Assembly (NCBI RefSeq): GCF_009914755.1
Contig: NC_060929.1
Source of the DNA: the human T2T-CHM13v2.0 reference genome, Homo sapiens
DNA length: 64,000 nucleotides
Direction: 5' to 3' (one strand)
Below the pieces are notes generated by a model. That model saw nothing but the letters and a program-made list of their open reading frames with translations. It searched no databases and was not told the origin of the DNA. Made by a program: the position numbers and the translations under genes. Within the stretch, counting starts at the first letter, position 1. Each line of letters begins with the position of its first letter. Shown piece by piece: positions 25,724 through 35,068 of this stretch.

Positions 25724-27266
25724 AAAGGAAGAAATTAAGATAGAACCATCAACTTTTAGAATAAAGCATTATTTAAATATGCCAGTTCTGAAGAATTAGG
25801 TATAGCATTTTTTAGCATTTAATGGGTGAGAATAAAAACAATGAAAAGAATTGTGCTCATTTCTACAGCCCCGAATTATACAAATATATGTGTTTTATGA
25901 TTCTCAAATTTCAAATATATATGTGCTCCAGTTTGACAATTTTGTATAGGCAAAAATCTGTCCATAAAGTAGATCCTTATAACTTTATAATGGAAATCAT
26001 ATAGTCGTTAAGGTTCCCTTGAATGTGATATTTTAATTACAAAAGAAAAGGGTTATTAAAGAGGGTATTTAACAATTATAGAACTTGGAATTATTTGTTC
26101 TGTTATAACTTAATGGAAAAAATGAAAAATCTGGGATTATGTTCAGGTATCCTTAATTTCAGAAAATTTGGGAAATAAGCTATATTAATTAATATAACCT
26201 ACACTACTATTTGTGTGAGGGCAGTGATTTTGATGTGTTATTGAATAAGCAATCTATAGTTCATCAAATTATTCAGAATTTCACCATTAAACCCTCTCCT
26301 CTGCCCTCCAAAAAGCCTATATAACACTGAATACAGCAAAATGTATTGTAAGTCTTCATTTTGCAACTCATCTATATTTATAAAACCTCTAACAAAATCA
26401 CTGCCCTTGTTAATCTTTAAAACGCAAAACACATTTATAAACCTTTTTCTCATAAATACTTAGTTGATTTCAAGAGATTATTTCTATGCCATGCTAAACT
26501 TTTACTTCCATAAGGTAAATTATTCAAGTAAAATCTTGAAGACTTTTTCCAGCGTCCATCATCTCCATGGATATAAGAAGTTTGTACTTCCAAAAGACAC
26601 ACAGAGAAAAAGACTGTTCTCTTCATTTTGTGCAAGTAGATTTTACTCTGTCCTCACTCTCTGAAACCTGAACATGCAAACATGTAAAATGAGAATGTTT
26701 GCTGCATGTTTTGCCTACTGAATCTGTAAATATCTCTGGAGGGGGCAAATAGATAGCTTGAAAGTATAAACAGGTGCAATTTGAGTCCATCTTATGATTT
26801 CTGAATTTTTTAAATATATCAGGGAGACAGATTTAGTTTTCTAAGTTATGTATATTGAAATCCCTTTGACCCTTTGCACAATTCTTTAGTGTCTCGGGTT
26901 GAAAAATTCACCCAAAATAGCACAAAATCTTTTGAATATCTTAAATTAAGCAGAAAACCTGTATATTTTAAAAGTTGCTAAAAAAAGAAACTTACTAAAA
27001 TATTTCCAGTTTTAACAGGGAAGGGACAATTATGAAGCAGTATAAGTATTTTATGTCTTTTAAGGTAATAAAATATTTCCATAGTTGTTATCACATACAA
27101 TTAGATTTATTAGTCATTCCTATCAAATTCTCAAATAGTGAAATATTTGGCTCCCAAATTGCTGTGTAATGGTTTTTTAAAAAAGTTAATAAGCAAATAT
27201 GAACAAACTGTATTTTTTTTTCTTTCTGATCATTTGGCTCTGTTGTATCTAACTTTGCATGCTCTG

Positions 27267-27267
<1 letters not shown>

Positions 27268-27299
<32 letters not shown>
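27268..27299 (+). repeat. T32 homopolymer forming the polypyrimidine tract of the NLS exon
   Basis: 32 consecutive T between branch point ctaac (27249) and acceptor AG 27318-27319. Confidence 0.95.
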
Positions 27300-27301
<2 letters not shown>

Positions 27302-27319
27302 CCCCTTTCTCACTTCCAG

Positions 27320-27493
27320 GAAGAGAGCCCCCTGAGTGTGTCTAGCCCAGAGGGTACTGGTACCTGGCTGCATTATACCAGTGGTGTGGGTACTGGGCGT
27401 CGAAGACGCAGATCAGGGGAACAAATCACTTCTTCCCCTGTCTCCCCCAAATCATTGGCTTTCACATCCAGTATTTTTGGCTCATGGCAACAG
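27320..27493 (+). CDS. PPIP5K2: PPIP5K2 NLS-containing exon (174 nt) [58 protein letters not shown]
   Basis: T32 tract + ttccag| ... cag|gttttt; symmetric phase 0-0; penta-arginine NLS followed by Ser1006. Confidence 0.93.
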
Positions 27494-28757
27494 GTTTTTA
27501 AACTTTACTTCATTAAACATTTTTCCTCCCTGCATTCAGAGCAACAAACAGCTGTCTTTGAGGACATCTAATCCCTTGTATTTCACATCAGAGTAAATCC
27601 TTCTGTTTTTTAATTTTGAGTTCATTTAAAAATACTTAATGATATCTGCCAATATTCAAGGGAAAGAAATCACTTACATGGCATGTGTTTAGTATTTTTA
27701 CTGAGAAGTTTCCAAATATCCAGGATTTTAAAACAATCAATAGATGTTATTCTCCTGGAATTTCACCTTGTTAATAAAATTATTTAAAAATGAAAGAAAT
27801 CTTTTTTGACTTGTCTTTTAAAACTTTCAGAAACAAATTATGTAATTTGATTGTAAGAAAATGTATTAATATTTTCTTCCATAATTGAAAAAATTAGATT
27901 CAATTTGGAATTTGCTGAGAAGGTAAACATTTTTTAAAATATCAGAATTTATGTGGCCCAGTTTTAATTAGCAGGATATATCGAATATTGATAATTTTCT
28001 TCCTCATTATTCCATTATTTGGAAGTATCTAATTTAAGGAATACATAGTCTGTTTTTCTTTGGACTGTTTAATATTTTAATGTTCTCTTTAAGAGGGAAC
28101 AATTGCATATGTGCCCATCAACAATATGGGTCAAAATAAAATGACTTCAGAAGGACTTCCTGTGATGACATTTGGAAACTTAAAATATATATGATTTCTA
28201 TTACATTGGAAGGTCTACTGTCACACATGAGGTTTCTGATAATTTCAGCAATTTCCTTTTGGAAATATAATGCATTTGACTATAGGAAAAGGGATTATGG
28301 TATCCATTAAGGCTGTGAATATTTAAAGGTTACTCTGATAAAGCCCATGCATGGATCAATAATTGTATGGTGATCTCAAGAGTCTCTGTCTGTCCTTTCT
28401 TTTGTTTGTAGTTGTTTTTTCCCCCTTCAAATACAGGAGCTGTTTAAGAGTGGGCATTTGGCTTCTTTTAAGAGTGAAATTATATCAATCTCTTAATTGC
28501 TTCTTTTCATCTGTCTTGTTTCATACATGATGTTTCATTCTGAATGCCTGCTTCGCACCACTTCATTGCAAGGACCTCATGAAATGGACTCCCTTCAAAA
28601 GGGGATCTTGCATGATCTTTCATGTTTTATGTATTTCTACTAATATTTATCATACAGCTTATTAACCTTTGTCTGTCTGGAACAGGCTGCATATGAAGTA
28701 TAGACTTATGAATTTATTTTACTCTTTTACTTCATTTATTTTGGATTCCTTATGCAG

Positions 28758-28830
28758 GTTGTATCTGAAAATGCTAATTACCTGCGAACACCAAGAACTC
28801 TTGTGGAACAGAAGCAGAATCCTACTGTAG
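28758..28830 (+). CDS. PPIP5K2: PPIP5K2 exon (73 nt) [24 protein letters not shown]
   Basis: atgcag| ... tag|gtatgt; phase 0-1. Confidence 0.93.
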
Positions 28831-30405
28831 GTATGTGGTGTAAAGGAAATTGTGTTCCATACCCTTCTTAAACTCACTATTGTGCACACATGTAAAACTC
28901 TTTGGTGAAAGCATGACCAAATGCTATGCTGTAGTTTTTATTTAATGTGTACTAATTCAGAAATGTTGAGTTGTATAACTCAAAATAAAGTTTTGATAAA
29001 ATGAAGAAGAGATAGCATTTAATTTTGTTACATAACCCTTTTGGATGCCTGCAATGATAACCACTTAGTTCACTTGCCAATGCTAGTTTTTAATCTTGTA
29101 CTCTGTAAGTTAATTTATGAAGGAAACTTCATTTTCCCAGTTGATAAAGATGAAAAGATGCTATTGCATGCAGAAAGGGACTTTCCATTTTTCTGGTTAA
29201 AAATATTTTTAAAGTACAGAATACTTCAAACCCTATATGAATATATTAATTTTCCTTTGAGCAGCTCGTAAGGAAAACCAAGCAAAACTAATGCACAGTG
29301 GCAGTCTCAGTCTTTATTAACCTATAGAACATAATTGGTTCTTTGCTAACACTCAAAGCAACATTGAAAAAGACCTTTCTAAACTCATTTGGTTTGAAGC
29401 TCATGGTTGATAAACTATGAAATAGTGGCGTATTATTTTCTGTAAATAGTTGTCCTAATAGGTTTAATAAAGGCATAAACAGATCTCGTTGTAAGTTTAT
29501 GTATGTACTGTGATCTCTGTACTAAGTATATGAACTGTTGATACCTACATACTTGAGGATCTCTCTTTAATTTCATATAGCTTGTAATGATAGTTTTTAA
29601 TATTCCTACAGTATATTTATAGAAATTTATATATTACTCCTTCTTATTGATGTATCATAGTATATTTTATAGAAATTTATTTAATCCTTCCCCAGTGATG
29701 AAAGTGTTATTTGGATGTAAAAACTTTTGCTACAAATTGAGCATCAGTTTATACTGGCTGTTTTATTTGCTTATAATGTTTTTCATTGGGAGTCTTATTA
29801 ATTAAGATCTTAAGTCACTTGTTAAGTATTTAAAGTGATTTAGGCCTTGAATGACTGAAAAGGACCTGGTCTCACAAATAAATAAATTTTGATATACTTT
29901 ATTTCATAAGAAAGAGTAGTAATTCTCAATTCAGGGGCATCAGGAAAGATTTGTCATTTATAGACATACATTAAAAATACTGATTTTATATGACTTAATT
30001 TGTGCTAGAAGGAGTGTTTTTTTTTTTTTCTTTAAATATGGCTTGCCCTTGGAAATTGATTAACAGAGTCCTTTCTTGTCCTAAGTTATTTTTATGGCAG
30101 TGTTTTTAATACTTTAGGATGTATATGTCTAATTATTATATGGACATATTTTTTTTCTCAAAGATAACATTTTGTCCAATGTTAAATTACCCCATTTGTA
30201 CCTATGATAAATGATAGTGGTGTTTAGAAGTATTGTATTAAAACTGACCTCATTAGGAAATTACAAGAATATTGTGAGCCTGTTCAAGGCACTTCCAAAG
30301 GTTGCCTTATATGTGGTAAGAGCCATGTTAATTGCATGCTGCATGAATTCCCAATGTGAATGGAAGAACACCCGTTGTGTATGTATTTTCTCTAACTCCC
30401 ATCAG

Positions 30406-30525
30406 GGTCTCACTGTGCGGGCCTGTTTAGCACCTCGGTGCTCGGGGGTTCTTCAAGCGCACCTAACCTACAGGATTATGCTCGTACTCATCGTAAAAAG
30501 CTGACCTCTTCTGGCTGCATAGATG
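30406..30525 (+). CDS. PPIP5K2: PPIP5K2 exon (120 nt) [40 protein letters not shown]
   Basis: ctaac branch + catcag| ... atg|gtatgt; symmetric phase 1-1; [14 protein letters not shown] shared with paralog PPIP5K1. Confidence 0.93.
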
Positions 30526-31360
30526 GTATGTGCACACATGCACACACAGATTCATACCTACACCCATGCACACACCCATGAGCAGTATTTCTCAAAGGCA
30601 AATCTAAGGCCACTGACTGATTCGAGTGAAATCCTGTCATCTTTTGCCTAAATGACTATCAGTGCTCTCTGTTATCTACAACTTGGATCCATGTTTCATC
30701 AGACAGTTAATTGTAGTTAGATTTACAGTACTTGTACAATAAGTTTGTTGAAATGGAAAACTTAGAAGAGTATTATGTGTATTCTTCTTTTAGATAATTG
30801 ATTATATTATAAAGAGCAAGCGTTTCTTTGATCTTTTAAACTTTTATTTATTGTTAACACTTATTTTACTTATTGAGCTAATTAAAGTGAGTGGAATGTT
30901 TATAAGTAGAGGACAATATCATATTGGCAATATTTTTATAAAAATAAACACAGGATGAGAATATTTTAGGATCACTAGCTGAAGGAGATCCTCTTAATGT
31001 TGTTAATATACCTTAAGTTTTAATATTAAGAATTTTTTAAGGCTCATGGAAGCGTGTCCCTTTTGTTAAGAGAAGTGGCTCTAGCTCTTTCAGGATCGTC
31101 TTTATTTAAAACATTTTCTTATTTATCAACAAATTTATTTTAGACAGTAAAACATGGATTTACCAGAATTGCCAGCTCATCTTGCTTTTCTTTCTTTTGT
31201 ATATTTCATTTGACACTTTTCCTCTGTCATCAAGCTAGTTAACTTCTTTTAACCAATATTTACCTTATTACATTCTCTCATTGTCCCTTCTGCATGTCAC
31301 CTTTCTAACCTCCTCATATATTTGTTTTTCCCCTCTTTCTTTTAAGTGTTCTTTTTGTAG

Positions 31361-31376
31361 CTGTTACGAATTTCAG
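31361..31376 (+). CDS. PPIP5K2: Candidate 16-nt microexon (AVTNF), or alternative upstream acceptor of the 63-nt exon
   Basis: ctaac branch point (31305), long pyrimidine tract, tttgtag| and cag|gtacct; phase 1 in, phase 2 out. Confidence 0.4.
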
Positions 31377-31399
31377 GTACCTGTTTTTCTCTTTCTTAG

Positions 31400-31462
31400 A
31401 CGCCACACGCGGTTCTGCTGTTAAAAGGTTTTCTATCTCATTTGCTCGACACCCAACCAATG
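31400..31462 (+). CDS. PPIP5K2: PPIP5K2 cassette exon (63 nt) DATRGSAVKRFSISFARHPTN
   Basis: ttcttag| ... atg|gtacgt; symmetric phase 1-1; 21 aa equals the 1243 vs 1222 aa isoform difference as I recall it. Confidence 0.9.
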
Positions 31463-33184
31463 GTACGTTTTGCTTTTATTTTAAAAGATACTCCCCTGCT
31501 TCATCCCTTTTTTATTTTTATTTTATTTCAAAATGTGGGGTATACAGTATCATTCATTTCTTCATCCTTAATGTCAATTGGCGTACAATTCCAACTTGTT
31601 ATTCACCCAAATTATTGATACTGTCTAGCTCCCTTTTCAGCTGTAATTCACATAATAATTTAACATTACTCATCAAACTTTTAATGACCACAATGATGAT
31701 GAGTTTTAATGCTAAATTAACACCTGAAAATTTCATCTAATTTCTCAGATGATCAGTCTACACAAATTTTTAAATTATAATTAGTATTCTTTAATTTTTC
31801 TTAATTCTCAATAACTTTTTTCTTCCTAATTTTCTGATCACATGGTTGTTTTATTGAGATATTTAAACAAAAATACAGAGCCACCCATGTCAAATAGCCA
31901 AATAAGATGTGTCTTTGAAAAATTCCTGGGCACCTGGTGATGCATATTTCACTGTATAACATCGTCTGTTCCTGGCTATTTTTCTAAAGCAAAACCCTGT
32001 TCGGTCTGGAGCACTCTGAAAACTTTGTCCAGCATTCACTTTGTTCTTGTGTAGCAATGTGGTTTGCTATTATCAAGCAACTAATTCCTTTTAGTACCAC
32101 TGCTTTTTCTTAAAATTTAGAGGACTCCTGATAGGAAGAAGATTAAGTTAAGATCTAGAAACCCAGCTCTGTTAAATTCCATTTTTGAGGCTGAATAGGA
32201 AAGTGTTTCATGACCATTATTGTAAAAGGAATTATTGCCATTACAACTTCTAACATAGAGCTTGATATTGTGGGGCAAGAGGGAATATTTACTGATCATT
32301 TTACAATAATTCAGGATCAAAGAATTTAAAAGAGCACTTACAGATTTTTGCTTGTATTATACATGGAATGAAGATACTTTTATCCCTGGAACTCTTTTTC
32401 TTTTTAACTGCAAGTAAGTCTTTCAAAAACTCAAGTCAGATCTTTCAGAAATTTTTATGAAGCTAAAGGATTCAACACAAGTTTATGGTCATTCTCCCCC
32501 TTCTGGATCCTTTAACAACACATCTAAATAACAGTGCACTAATAATTCTTGAAGGTGGAATAAGAAGATCTCATCCTCAACAAGTAAAAATTTAGCCTTA
32601 AAGCTTAATGTGCTTTCCCTTCATTGTAGCTATTTAAATGCTACTTTTTGAAGAAAGTGATTCTTATTTGATACAGCTGCAGCTTCTAAAGAAACCGCAT
32701 GCCTAAGAACCTCTTAGAAGAAACACAGAAGTCACAAGAAAAACAGAAGCCACAAAAATTCTAAGAAGAGACATTGCAGGTTTAAGACCATAGTTTTTGT
32801 ACTGAATGCTGTGTGTTTAAAACCAGTATTTGAGGTATTATTATCTAGGAGAATCTGTGTTTAACTGAAGGTTTTTAAAAATGAAAAATATTTATGTTAA
32901 ATTTAATAGAAAATAGAGTAATTTTATATTCCTTTGGTTTAGGCTCTTTTTTAAAAATGTGGGTTTTCCGCACATACAAATGCACATAAGGTGCATTCTT
33001 TTCTATTCTACAAATATTTCTTTTGAGTTTTAAGGTTTCCTTTTTTCCTTTTTTAATATTGTGTTGTCTTATCTGTCCTATGAATTGTCATTTGACTCTT
33101 CCTTTTACTTTTTATTTCCCCTAACTTTCATGTTATTTCCATCTTTAACACATATCATGGACTTACCCCTCCCTTCATCTTTAG

Positions 33185-33312
33185 TTCAAGGAACATGGTG
33201 AAACAAGTATCTTCTGACAGTGCTTTACCTTATTTTCTGGGCCTCTGTGCAGAACACCTACACCTCTATAGGTGCTGGTCCGTTTCCTCTGTGGAATTTC
33301 TAGGCTCCAGTG
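33185..33312 (+). CDS. PPIP5K2: Candidate alternative exon, 128 nt (SSRNMVKQVSSDSALPYFLGLCAEHLHLYRCWSVSSVEFLGSS), with internal 60-nt form 33253-33312
   Basis: cccctcccttcatctttag| acceptor, gtg|gtatgt donor; open frame ending in phase 1 matches next exon; second acceptor gtgcag| gives a symmetric 60-nt exon. Confidence 0.5.
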
Positions 33313-34927
33313 GTATGTTTTTATAGCTTCTAAACATGTCAGCAGGGTGGCTTTTTAAATTGCTGCGCTAACCCTTTCATTGTGCATTAAAGGAAAAGTT
33401 TATTAAAGATAAGTGGAAAAAAATGTAGTCTAGAGGAACTTAATTATATTGTCATTTGCCTGTTATAAAATCTAGCAGGCAAATGAAATAAAATAATTGC
33501 TATAAAAGATTTATAAACTTTGTGAGGAAAGAAGAAAAGATCTCATCGTTAAGTTTAGTGTAATGCAAAGAAAGGGTTTGCGCTCATTTGCATGAATCTT
33601 GTACTTCTAAAAAATGTAACAGTTGTGCAAGCCTAATTTCTTTAGTGCTTAATTTAGGTGCTTTAGTTGCTGTTATAGTATAGTTTTGTTTTTGTTTTTG
33701 TTTTTAAAGTATGTGTAATGTTCTGTCATGCTTTGGTTTGCACCTGAAAATCAGACATATCACTTTTGCAAGTCCTTTGGTTATTTTCCTAGGAAGATTA
33801 GATTCTCTTTTAACCAAAGTTTCCTTATTCTAACTGAGAATTAGGCAGTTCTTGGGTCAATATTTCCTTCAATATTTAAATGAATCAAACATCAGTCAAT
33901 TTAAAAATGAGCACACGCCTATTGAAGCAGAATGTTGCAGTCTGAGGTTAATTTTGTACTTTTAATGATATTTGACTTTATATAAAACTTTGAGTATTAT
34001 AAGTATTTAACTGCGGGAAATTAATTTGAATTTTTGGAAGAGTAGATGCAGAAAGACTCGTTATTTTTAACAGTATATGAAAGCAATTTTAAAAGCCATT
34101 CAGTTGAATGAAGTTTAAATAAACAGGCAATTTTCTTTTTTAAAAAAGTGAATAACCTATATCCTATTTGTTTAAAAACATAAACTGTGTATTTAAGTGC
34201 TTTTGTTTCACTGATGGTATTAATACATATTTGCATGATTGTTTCATAAAATTTTCGTATTTCTGTGCCATTGTTAAATAGGAACATATTTGTATTTGTA
34301 TTGCTTTTTACTTGGCCTAACTTTACACAGCCAGTGATTCCTAGTAATATAATTATGTGTTAATTCAGTAAAGGTAGGTGAAATACGTTTTGGAATTTTT
34401 ATTCCAGCATGAATGAATGAATGTTGTTTGGGGTTCATACTAGAGAGTATCATTGGTCTTGGCACACCTGGAAAAGTATCTAAAATAATTATTCACAAGT
34501 AATTATATAATTTTTCAACAAGAACTTACTGTTAGCGTCCTGGCATCAGGGATACATCACGTGGCATCAGTTTATTCACCTATTGAATAGACCTGACTTC
34601 AAAAAATAAAAACTGAAAACTTGTATTTCTTTGTTTTTTTTTCCCTAGGTTTTTTAAAGTATTATTCTTAGATTTTACCAATATAGAATGAAATTGTGTG
34701 CATGCGATACTACGTGATTACATTTAAAAAGAAATCTTTGTCACATCTTGTTCCAGCTCCATATTGCATAGCATCTGGTGTCATGACTTCAGAGATATTG
34801 TGTGTTTGCATGTGATAGACTGAAAAGACCTAAACTGTCCAGTTCTAAGCAGTAGTCTTCCTTTCTAATTACTGATTTTTAAAATATCCATCTTTTATTT
34901 TTTGTTTTTGGTTTTTTTCTCTTCTAG

Positions 34928-35068
34928 GCTTTGAATTGTATTCCATGGTGCCATCTATTTGTCCTCTAGAAACTCTTCATAATGCCCTATCTTTAAAGCA
35001 AGTGGATGAATTTCTTGCTTCCATTGCTTCTCCATCATCTGACGTTCCACGGAAGACCGCTGAAATTT
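34928..35068 (+). CDS. PPIP5K2: PPIP5K2 exon (141 nt) [47 protein letters not shown]
   Basis: ttctag| ... ttt|gtagga; [14 protein letters not shown] family motif; overlaps ORF 34936-35127. Confidence 0.94.

Noticed and set aside
28686-28697. Possible 12-nt microexon AAYE (aacag|gctgcatatgaa|gtatag)
   Set aside because: Donor GAA|GTATAG is too weak, and read-through to the next exon hits TAG.
32055-32061. Possible 7-nt microexon after ttgtgtag
   Set aside because: Donor GTG|GTTTGC is poor and there is no other support.
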